Below, piece by piece: positions 7,947 to 17,700 of a stretch of 32,000 nt of DNA. The stretch comes from Nostoc punctiforme PCC 73102 (GTDB lineage: Bacteria; Cyanobacteriota; Cyanobacteriia; Cyanobacteriales; Nostocaceae): assembly GCF_000020025.1 (NCBI RefSeq), contig NC_010631.1:210001-242000 (forward strand), written 5' to 3'. Position 1 is the first letter of the stretch, and each line of letters begins with the position of its first letter. The notes under the pieces are model-generated. The model was not told the DNA's origin, searched no databases, and was given only the letters and a program-made list of their open reading frames with translations. The position numbers and the translations under genes are program-made.

Positions 7947-7977
7947 AAAAACCCCAACCTCAGTAAAAGGTTTGGGG
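7947..7977 (-). terminator. Intrinsic-terminator-like hairpin oriented for the minus strand
   Basis: The minus strand reads CCCCAAACCT / tttactg / AGGTTGGGG followed by TTTTTCGTAAGTTTG. No annotated minus-strand gene lies upstream of it. Confidence 0.35.
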
Positions 7978-8057
7978 AATAAATATCAATATAGTTACAC
8001 CCCTATCATGGCACAATTCGATATTCGTTCCAGCACTGTTCAGCTAGAGGTGAAATA

Positions 8058-8975
8058 ATGCCTAAACCACCTTCTAGAACCAACAAAGCGACCTCTGCCG
8101 CAAAGAGTGATTCAAAACCACCTGTTAACTCTGCAAACGAGGATATCTCTGTTGAGGAAAATCTAGCTACAGCAACTATTACGGTTACTGCTATCGAAAT
8201 TCCAGAGTTGACAGAGGAAGAACAGCGCGATCGCCTGCATCTAGAGCGCCGTGTGGAAAGAGCGTTTTTTGAGGCAGGTAAGGCACTGGCAGAATTGCGC
8301 GATCGTCGCCTTTACCGTTCAAGTCACCGCACGTTTGAGGAATACTGCCGCGATCGCTTTGGCCATAGTCGTCGCCAGTCTTATCTTCTAATGGATGCAG
8401 CAGTAATATTTGATAACTTAGAGCAAAAATGTGATCGTTCCGATCACATTTTGCCGACGAATGAGTGGCAAGTTAGACCACTGTCCAAGCTTGACCCGGA
8501 CATTCAGCCCGAAGCATGGGAGCAAGCTGTAGAGTCTGCCAACGGGAAAGTACCATCTCATCGCATTGTCAAAGATGTGGTGCAGCGCATCATGGAGCGA
8601 ACCCAAGTACCCAATACCTACCAAATCGGCGAAGTCTGTCAAATCCTTGCAAAAGACAACCCTGAACTCAGGGGTAAGGCTGGCTGCTGGGGCATTGTCA
8701 ATCATGTTGGAGAATTTAGCTGCACCGTCAAAACCTGGGATGGCGAGTATACAGTTGGGTTGCAGCACCTGAAGTCTTTCAATTACCTGCCTGCCGAGTG
8801 TGAGCAGATGCGACAGATTTGCGATCGCATTCGTAGGCTACGGAAAAACGAGAGCTTAGAAGAAGCTGCGCGTGCTGTTCTGAAGCATCTGGGGGAGGTG
8901 AAGCGGCCGTATTTGACAGCGTTTGAGGGAGAACTTTTGAATTTCATAGAGAAAAAATATTTATTGCAGGGATGA
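8058..8975 (+). CDS. Hypothetical DNA-binding-like protein (ParB/KorB-like helical N-half, small beta-rich C-half)
   Basis: 305 aa, with RBS GAGGTG before the ATG. The segment RRVERAFFEAGKALAELRDRRLYRSSHRTFEEYCRDRFGHSRRQSYLLMDAAVIF resembles plasmid/phage partition-type HTH proteins. The family assignment is tentative. Confidence 0.65.
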   Translation: MPKPPSRTNKATSAAKSDSKPPVNSANEDISVEENLATATITVTAIEIPELTEEEQRDRLHLERRVERAFFEAGKALAELRDRRLYRSSHRTFEEYCRDRFGHSRRQSYLLMDAAVIFDNLEQKCDRSDHILPTNEWQVRPLSKLDPDIQPEAWEQAVESANGKVPSHRIVKDVVQRIMERTQVPNTYQIGEVCQILAKDNPELRGKAGCWGIVNHVGEFSCTVKTWDGEYTVGLQHLKSFNYLPAECEQMRQICDRIRRLRKNESLEEAARAVLKHLGEVKRPYLTAFEGELLNFIEKKYLLQG

Positions 8976-9091
8976 TTAACGCCCGCACAGGATTGCGCCA
9001 AACAATTCACCAGATGCGGTATGGCTTGGCTAGTGAGCAACTGTTAGTACGACAGATTGTAGTACTGGCGAATGTGCTAATCGTGATGTAG
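8972..9091 (+). CDS. Possible 39-aa ORF translationally coupled to the 305-aa gene
   Basis: Its ATG overlaps the TGA of 8058-8975 (ATGA). Peptide MINARTGLRQTIHQMRYGLASEQLLVRQIVVLANVLIVM has a hydrophobic tail. There is no other support. Confidence 0.25.
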   Translation: MINARTGLRQTIHQMRYGLASEQLLVRQIVVLANVLIVM

Positions 9092-9501
9092 GGCTACAAG
9101 CTGAGGGCGGGGTAAGTTTACTTGCGCTTGCGTCCCTATAAGAATTTGATTTGAGAGATGTGGATAGAGGGATACGTTGGCTAATGGTAGCAGACAGTGG
9201 AGCGATCGCCTAAGCCAGAATAAAAAAACTTGGTTAAAATCTACATTTCGCAGTTCATCATGTAATATACAAAGATATCCAACATCTGGCTAAATAGTTC
9301 TTAAATAGGAATCAAAAATCAACAATATTTAACAATATTAATACTTAAGGAATTTTCTTGAATCTCGATGTATGACATAGCTATTAAAGTAAATTTTTTG
9401 TTAAGTACTAATGCTTGCATTATTTGTCTAAATTGTCTGATGTCTAGTGATAACGCAGATTGAAGCGTTAATCTACTTGTACCCATCTAGAGGAATTGCC
9501 A

Positions 9502-10677
9502 ATGTTCTACCGTCTCAAATTTTTCACCGTTGTAACTTTAGTGTTTTCATTGACATACACCGTCGGTGCTGCTCAATCAAGGACAGGGGAAATTGTGCAA
9601 GTACCTCCGAAAGCAGAGACGCAAACCACGCAACCTGGCACAGAAGGGCTGGTGCATCTATTGCAATTAGGCGAATACCAGTTAAATAAAAATCAGTTTC
9701 AAGAAGCTTTAGGGACATTTCAAGCAGTTTTAACTATTGTCAGACTTATAAAAGAACGCCAACTCGAAGCGAGAACTCTCCACAATATTGGGGTAGTATA
9801 CCGTGAAATGAAAAACTACCCTCAAGCTTTAGAGTATTATCAACAAGCTTTAGCTGTTCGCATAGATGTCGGCAATCGCCGTGGGCAAGGCATAACTCTT
9901 AATGATATTGGCTTAGTCTACGATAACCAAAAACAATATACCAAAGCACTGGAGTTTTATCAGCAAGCTTTAGCTATTCATAAAGAAGTTAGCAACAAGG
10001 CAGACGAGGGAACAACTCTCAACAATATCGGGGTAGTATACCGTAAAATGAAAAACTACCCTCAAGCTTTAGAGTATTATCAACAAGCTTTAGCTGTTCG
10101 CATAGATATAGGTGATCGTCGCGGACAAGGTATAACTCTTAATGATATTGGCTTAGTTTACTACAACCAACAAGAATATCCCAAAGCCTTAAATTATTAT
10201 CAGCAAGCTTTAGCTATTCATAAAGAAGTTAGCAACAAGATAGATGAAGGGACAACACTTGATAATATTGGTTTAGTTTACGTTAAGCAAATTGATTTAG
10301 TTTCTGATAAACAAAAAGATTATACTAAAGCCTTAAATTATTATCAGCAAGCTTTAGCTATTCATAAAGAAGCTAGCAACAAGGCAGACGAGGGAACAAC
10401 TCTCAACAATATCGGGGTAGTATACCGTAAAATGAAAAACTACCCTCAAGCTTTAGAGTATTATCAACAAGCTTTAGCTGTTCGCGTAGATATAGGTGAT
10501 CGTCGCGGACAAGGTATAACTCTTAATGATATTGGCTTAGTTTACTACAACCAACAAGAATATCCCAAAGCCTTAGATTATTATCAGCAAGCTTTAGCTA
10601 TTCATAAAGAAGTTGCTAAGGCATCATGTAAAAATAACTTGAACAATTTGCTGAATGGTAAGATGATCAGAATGTAA
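9502..10677 (+). pseudogene. 5' fragment (signal peptide + TPR array) of a TPR-CHAT gene interrupted by an IS
   Basis: ATG 9502 follows AGAGGA. The N-terminus MFYRLKFFTVVTLVFSLTYTVGAAQ is signal-peptide-like. About seven 40-aa TPR units follow (YPQALEYYQQALAV...G.TLNDIGLVY). Native coding ends at 10619. The last 19 codons and the stop come from the IS end. Confidence 0.85.
9958..10614 (+). repeat. Near-perfect 273-bp direct repeat within the TPR array
   Basis: 9958-10230 versus 10342-10614 (offset 384 bp) differ at 3 positions by direct comparison. Older, more diverged units lie upstream. Confidence 0.9.
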
Positions 10678-11952
10678 CCGAATTAAAGGCTTATATGTCT
10701 GATAAGCAGGTAGTAGAAAGCATTCAAGACAAGTACGATTCGTTATCGCCTTATTTGAATGAGAAAACACGGCGTATTTGGGCAGCAATTGAAGCCCGAA
10801 GCCTGGGCTGGGGAGGCGTGAGTCAGGTTGCGCTCGCAACTGGACTATCCCGGACTACAATCCATGCTGGGATACGGTTATTGTTAGACGCTTCGGGGGA
10901 AAAAACCTCGAATGATGATAGTAATCGAATTCGTTCGTCAGGTGCTGGACGTAAACTACTTGAAGAAAAAGACGCAATGCTGCTATCAGATTTAGAATCG
11001 CTGATTGAACCAGTGACACTGGGAGACCCAGAATCTCCTCTAAAATGGACTTCTAAAAGTGTTGTGAAACTGGCTGCGGCATTAAACATTGGGGGACATA
11101 GGACTAGTCCTAAAAGTGTTTATAACTTACTTGAATCGCTTGGCTACAGCTTACAATCAAATCGTAAAACCCGTGATGGCTCATCTCATCCAGATAGAGA
11201 TGATCAGTTTTTACATATTTCCAACCAAGTCTTGCACTTTCAATCCCAGAACGAACCCGTAATTTCAGTTGATACAAAAAAAAAGAATTAATTGGAGATT
11301 TTAAAAATTCTGGAACCGAGTGGTGTGAAAAGGAACAGCCAATTGAGGTGAAAATGCATGATTTTGTTGACCCCAAGTTGGGCAAGGCAATTCCCTACGG
11401 AATTTATGACTTAACCTCAAATCAAGGATGGGTAAATGTTGGCATTGACCACGATACCGCAGAGTTTGCAGTCGAGTCTATTCGTCATTGGTGGTACTCA
11501 ATGGGTAAACAAGTTTATCCCAGCAGTGAGCATATAATGATTACGGCTGATTGCGGTGGTAGCAATAGTTATCGCTCACGATTGTGGAAATTGAAGTTAC
11601 AAGAATTAGCAACTGATACTGGTAAAACTATTCATGTGTGTCATTTTCCTCCAGGCACAAGTAAATGGAATAAGATTGAGCATCGCTTGTTTTGTCACAT
11701 TACCCAAAACTGGCGAGGCAGACCATTAACTAGCTTGCAAGTTGTGATTAATCTAATTCGCAATACTACCACCACACAAGGATTAGAAGTTGAAGCTAGA
11801 TTAGATCCAAATCTCTACAAAACGGGAATCAAGGTTACAGACCAAGAGCTTGATACTATCGCAATCGAACGAAATTCTTTTCATGGTGAGTGGAACTATA
11901 TTATCAAACCCAAAGTAGTCAGTTAATTGTTCAATTTATTTTTACATAACTC
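10620..11952 (+). mobile_element. ISAzo13-family insertion sequence (1333 bp) with 4-bp target duplication CTAA
   Basis: Terminal inverted repeats GGCATCATGTAAAAATAACTTGAACAA (left) and the reverse complement of TTGTTCAATTTATTTTTACATAACTC (right). CTAA lies at 10616-10619 and 11953-11956. Removing the IS plus one CTAA restores GAA GTT GCT AAC AAG GCA GAC GAG (EVANKADE), which matches the neighbouring TPR units (EVSNKADE). Confidence 0.85.
10695..11926 (+). CDS. ISAzo13-family DDE transposase, in two frames joined at an A9G tract (-1 frameshift or 1-nt deletion)
   Basis: ORF 10695-11291 and the frame of 11348-11926 (open from 11285) join as ...SVDTKKK/ELIGDFKNSGTEW... Family hallmarks are present: GDPESPLKWTSKS, GYSLQSNRKT, GKAIPYGIYD, DHDTAEFAV, ADCGGSNSYRSRLWK, PPGTSKWNKIEHRLF, FHGEWNY. 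Confidence 0.8.
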
Positions 11953-11956
11953 CTAA

Positions 11957-14390
11957 CAAGGCAGACGAGGGAACAACTCTCAACAATATTGCAGAACTTT
12001 ATAAAAACAAGTATGAGTATACCAACGCTTTAAAGTTTTATCAACAAGCCTTAGTAATTCGCCAACAAACTAACGATAAGTATGGGCAATGGACAACTCT
12101 TGACAATATTGGAGAAGTTTACAACCAATTGGGACAGTATGGTAAAGCTTTAGATTACTATAAACAAGCTTTAGAGATTGTCAAATACATCAGTTATGAA
12201 AAACAGCGTAAGGTTGCAGAATTATTGACTCGTGGACAGATTGCTACAGTTTACCAAAATCTGGGTCAAGATTCAAAACTTTCGGAATTTACTGAGATGA
12301 TAGCAAATATTAGCAAAGATAAAAACTCCTCTAAAGAAAATATTTTGTTTCAGTATGCTTTAGCAATTGCTAGAGAAGTTGAAGAACCTGGTAAAAGAGA
12401 AAATTCCAATAAAATTGAGGGATTTGCCGACTATTTGACTAAACGATTAGAGTCTGATCAACGATATCTAGTCGAAGTAAGAAAAAATGGTAACCCGGGC
12501 CTTGTGGATAAAATAACACTCCAAAATCCAGAAATAGATTACACAAATTTGGGGGTAATGTATAGCGCTTCTAAACAGTACGCCAAAGCGTTGGAGTTTT
12601 ATCAACAAGCTTTAGCCGCCTACACACGCACTAAAGAAAAGGTAGAGCAAGCAACAATTCTTAACTATATAGGGGTAGTTTATTACAACCAAGGACAATA
12701 CTCTAAAGCATTGGAGCTATTTTGGCAAGCAGTAACTCTTCGTCAAGAAATCAACGATAAAGCAGGAGAAGGACAAACTCTTTATAATATTGGAACAACC
12801 TACAACGCTTTGGGCCAATATACTAATGCTGAAAAAGCTCTATTTAATGCCATCAAGTTTTTAGAATATCTGCGAACAGGATTAACTGATGAGCAGAAAA
12901 TATCAATTTTTGAAACGCAAATTAAGACATATCGAAGATTACAACAAGTTTTGATTACTCAAAATAAAAATGACCTGGCGTTGGAAATTGCAGAAGGTGG
13001 TAGGGCAAGAGCCTTTATAGAATTATTAACCTCGAAAATATCACCTAACCTGAACAATAAAATTAATATAAAATCACCAAATATTGAGCAAATTAAGCAA
13101 GTAGCAAAACAACAAAATGCCACACTTGTTGAATATTCAATTAATGAAACTCAGCTATATATATGGGTCGTGAAAGCCACTGGTGAAGTTACTTTCCGCA
13201 AAGCTGACCTCAAACTCCTGTTGCAGCAACAAAACATCTCCTTAATAGATAAAGTCGCCCAGGCTCGTCAGTCAATTTTTAAAGGTATGAATCTTGCCAG
13301 TCGTGGTAATAAAATCATCTTTGCCCCTGGCGATCGCGTTAAACTCAATGATGATGCTCCAGACTGGGAAGCTTGGCAAGTAGTTTCTGTAGATGTTAAA
13401 AACGGCAAAACTACTATCCGCTTACCCTCTTGGGAGGCAGAAAAACCAGCAATAGAACGTCCAATAATAGATGTTGTCGAAAAGGTGACAAACAGCCCTA
13501 GAGCAAATGCTAAAAACACCCAATTACAAGAACTTTATCAGCTACTGATCCAACCAATTGCAGACTTACTGCCAAAAGAAGAAACAGCCCGCGTCATCTT
13601 CATTCCCCAAAACGCTTTATTTCTCGTACCCTTCCCAGCATTACAAGACCCATCAGGAGAATATTTAATCGATAAACACACTATCCTCACCGCTCCCTCA
13701 ATTCAAGTATTAGATTCTACTCATAAGCTCCGACAAAAAGTTCCAGGTTTAGCTAAAGATATCTTGGTAGTTGGTAATCCTACAATGCCCAAAGTTTCAA
13801 AAAAACCTGGAGAACCACTTAAGCAGTTAAGTGCGCTTCCTGGTTCACAGAAAGAAGCTCTTGCAATTGCTTCCTTCTGGAAAACTCAAGCTTTGATTGG
13901 TAATCAAGCTACAAAAAAAGCAGTGTTGCAAAAACTACCACTAGCTAAAATCATTCATTTAGCAACTCATGGCTTATTGGATGATATTCAGGGATTGGGA
14001 AGTTCTATCGTCTTTGCTCCTGAAGGAAAGGATAACGGTTTGTTGACAGCAGAAGATATCCTAAATTTGTATGCACAACCACAAGGTTCTACCTTAAGTG
14101 CCGAATTAGTCGTATTAAGTGCTTGCGATACTGGGCAGGGGAGGCTAACAGGTGATGGGGTAATTGGGTTATCTCGCTCCATAATTGCCGCAGGGGTTCC
14201 TAGTGTGATAGTTTCTCTGTGGTCGATACCAGATGCACCCACTGCTGAATTAATGACAGAATTTTATGAAAATTTCCGCAAAAATCCTGACAAAGCTACT
14301 GCTTTGCGGCAAGCGATGCTGATGACGAAGAAAAAACATCCCAATCCTGCTGAATGGGCAGCTTTTACTCTGATTGGAGAGTCTGAATAA
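11957..14390 (+). pseudogene. 3' fragment (TPR units + CHAT protease domain) of the IS-interrupted TPR-CHAT gene
   Basis: In frame with the 5' fragment once the IS is removed; the reconstructed product is 1183 aa. CHAT hallmarks are GRARAFIELL, His in IIHLATHG (13968-13970) and Cys in VVLSACDTG (14124-14126). The first in-frame start after the IS is TTG 12129. Confidence 0.85.
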
Positions 14391-14407
14391 CTCAAGTTTG
14401 CTTACCA
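13326..14407 (+). repeat. Highly similar paralogous segment A (3' part of the CHAT gene plus ~17 nt past the stop)
   Basis: Aligns with 20362-21446 (offset 7036-7039). It includes a 102-nt run with no mismatch (14221-14322 versus 21260-21361). Similarity decays sharply upstream of 13326. Confidence 0.85.
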
Positions 14408-14729
14408 TACTATTTAATGTAAGCAATTCCGAAGATTAAAAAGCTAATAAAGTTTTGCTCTAAAGGGGTTTGGTTGGAGACAGATTTTATAAATATTTAT
14501 TTTTTTGCTCAAAGGATAAAAAAGCTATCAAAAATTCCCTCAAATTGACAATATTTTCTGGAATCCGCTTCGATAAATTTGTATCTTAAAATAGATAGTA
14601 AATAATATTACTTAGCTTATCGCGCTCTTTATTTTCGGCTGGAGTTTCCAGTGTTATGGTTCTTTATGGGATATATCGAATCAAGAATTTTGATTGGTGT
14701 GTTGTAGTTCCAGATTAGGTTTGGAAATT

Positions 14730-17700
14730 ATGGGCGATCGCGCAAGCAGAATCATTTTAATTGCTTTGAGTGCTTTTCTGGTAACGATTGCACCTACATT
14801 CCCGCAGAATTTTTCCGGGATTTTCTTTGCACCACAGGTGTTAGCACAAACACCAAATCAGCCAAACCCGCATAAAAACCCTGCGTTGGCTGTCACAGGG
14901 AGTTTTATTGATTACTTTGCAGAAGAGAGACAATTAAAAGGGCATGAGGGTAGCGTCAACAGCGCTAGCTTTAGTCCAGATGATAAGTTAATTGTGACAG
15001 CTGGTGCAGATAACACCGCCCGTGTCTGGGATTTTTCAGGCAAACAGCTAGTGGAGTTAATTGGGCATCAAAGCAATGTTTATAGTGCGAATTTTAGCCC
15101 CGATGGTAAGCTGATTGTCACTGCCTCTTTTGATGGTACTGCCCGTATTTGGGATATTTCGGGCAAACAGCTAGTTGAGCTAAAAGGACACCAAGGTAAT
15201 GTTTATAGTGCGAATTTTAGCTCAGATGGTAAATGGATAATCACGGCAAGTGCAGATAAAACTGCCCGTATTTGGGATATTTCTGGTCAGCAAATAGCGC
15301 AAATTACAGGGCATGAAAACATTGTTACCAGTGCGAATTTTAGCTCAGATGGTAAACGGATAATTACGGCAAGTGCAGATAAAACTGCCTGTATGTGGGA
15401 TTTATCAGGTAAGCTATTGGTGCAGTTGAAAGGGCATACAGATACGGTATGGAGTGCGAATTTTAGCCCCGATGGTCAGAGGATAGTTACAGCATCTGAT
15501 GATAAAACGGCGCGAGTGTGGGATTTATCTGGCAAGGTGCTAGCAGAGTTAAAGGGACATGGTGATAGCGTATACAGTGCTAGCTTTAGTCCAGATGGCA
15601 AGTTGATTGTGACAGCTTCTATTGATAGAACTGCGCGAGTATGGGATGCTACAGGAAAAGTAATAGGTAAACTGGAAGGGCATCAGGGAAGTGTAAACAA
15701 CGCAAAGTTTAGCTTTGATGGAACCCAGATTGTCACTGCATCATCTGATGGTTCCATCCTTATATGGAACACTTCTAAGAAGATATTTATCGAACTATTA
15801 GGGCATCTCGGTGAGGTTTTCAGTGCCAGTTTTAGCCCAGATGGTAAGCAGATTATCACTACATCAAAAGATGGCACAGTTAGGATATGGAACACTTTAA
15901 ACAAGCAGATAACTGAAATTAAAGCACAGGTTGCTGTCCAAAGCGCAAATTTTAGCCCCAATGGGAAGCTAATTGTCACCACATCTTCAGAGAAATTTGC
16001 TCAAGTGTGGGATACCTCAGGTAAAATTTTAACGGAACTTAAAGGACATGAGAGTCGTGTAAATAGTGCAACTTTTAGTCCTGATGGTAAGTTCATTGTC
16101 ACCGCATCTGACGATACAACAGCACGAATATGGGATATTTCTGGTAAGCTGCTAACTGAACTAAAAGCAGATCACGGTAGGGTTGTTAGTGCTAATTTTA
16201 GTTATGATGGCAAACAGATTATCACTGGATCGGGCAATACAGCCTTTATATGGAATACATCAGGCAAGCTGATAAGTAAATTAGAATTAAAAGGACCCCA
16301 GTACTCTGTTATCAGCGCCAATTTTAGCCGCGATCGCCAGTTAATTGTCACTGCATCTCATGATGGCAGTGCTTGGATATGGGATTCTTCCGGTAAAGTA
16401 ATAACAAAAATAGAGTTTCCGAATAACATAACTGAAAACTATAGCGAAAATCGTGTTTACGGCGCTGATTTCACTCCAGATGGTAAATATTTAGTAACGG
16501 TAACTTCCGATGGAGGTAGAGTCTGGGATATCTCCGGTAAGCTAATAGCTGAATTCAAAGGACATCAGGATGAAGTCATCAATTTTAGTTTAAGTCCAGA
16601 TGGTAAGCAGATGCTCACGGCATCTGATGATAGAACTGTACGAGTGTGGGATATTTCCAATAAGTCACTGGCTCAAATAAATTCGTCACAAATACCTTCT
16701 ACGAATAATCAGACTAAACTGCAATACAAAGATGAAGATAAAAGTATTACCAGTCTTGCTTTTAGTCCTGATAATCAATTCTTTGTCACTGGCTCTAAAA
16801 GTGGTAATGTGAAAATTTGGGATACCTCAGGCAAACTCCTAAATGAACTAAGAGGACATGAATATCAAATAAATGGTATAAACTTTAGCTCTGATGGCAA
16901 ATCTATTCTTACTGTATCTTTGGATTTTGCAAGAGTTTGGAGTAACTCTGGGAAATTGCTAGCAGAAATTAAAGGCAAACAGAAGCATGACGCTGCTTTA
17001 ACAAGTGCAAGCTTGAGTCCAGATGGCAAGTTGATTGTTACCGGATATTCAAGTTTTCAACAAAATGCTTATTTGTGGGATAGTTCTGGGAAGCAGCAGA
17101 TGGAACTTCAAGGGCATCAAAACTTTGTTAATAGTGTAAATTTTAGTCCAGATGGCAAGTTGATTGTTACAGCATCGGATGACGAAACTGCCTGTATTTG
17201 GGATACGACTGGTAAGCTGCTAAACGAATTGAAAGGAAATTCCAGTAAAGTAAAAAGCGCTAGTTTTAGTCCTGATGGTAAAAAAATTATTACTACATCG
17301 AGCGATGGTACTGCTATTATTTGGGATACTTTTGGTAAGCTGCTTGCCAAGTTTAATATAGGTTTCCCAATTAGTAGTTATAGCTCAACTAGGGTGAATT
17401 TTAGCCCTGATGGTAGGTTCATTATTGCTCAAATTGAGGGTGGTTTCACTCGTTTGTGGGGTGCAGATGGCACTGTGATTTCCACAGATGAGAGTTTAGG
17501 AAATATCACTTTTAGTCCTGATGGTAAGTTAATTGCCATTGTACGTAGAGGTGGTAGCGCTTCTGTGGGGATTCCTGAGGAAAAAAAACTAGCAATACTT
17601 CAGATAGAGCCTTATCTTGTGCAGAGAGTCATTTTTAGCCATAACAGTAAGTTTTTCGTCACAATATCTGAAATTCCTTTCTCCTCTGTCGATAAAATCC

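Noticed and set aside
21-9091. Calling the left block an intact prophage or plasmid
   Set aside because: Only regulatory, replication-like and DNA-modification genes are visible. No integrase, terminase, capsid, tail, lysis, partition or conjugation genes lie in the window, and the left end is cut by the window edge.
9700-10620. Regularly spaced ~120-bp nucleotide repeats that could be mistaken for a CRISPR array or satellite
   Set aside because: They lie in one long open frame and encode 40-aa TPR units. There is no short-repeat/unique-spacer structure.
10624-11385. Minus-strand ORFs 10624-10839, 10823-11089 and 11110-11385
   Set aside because: They lie antisense within the IS, opposite a transposase frame with many family hallmarks.
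12129-12131. TTG 12129 as the genuine start of an independent CHAT gene
   Set aside because: The frame is open back to the IS junction and continues the TPR pattern of the upstream fragment. The gene is a 3' fragment and not a separate unit, although residual expression from internal starts cannot be excluded.
13268-14242. Minus-strand ORFs 13268-13519 and 13988-14242 that have conserved twins at 20304-20552 and 21006-21281
   Set aside because: The apparent conservation is only a consequence of lying inside the duplicated CHAT-coding segment. They have no start context and no recognisable family.
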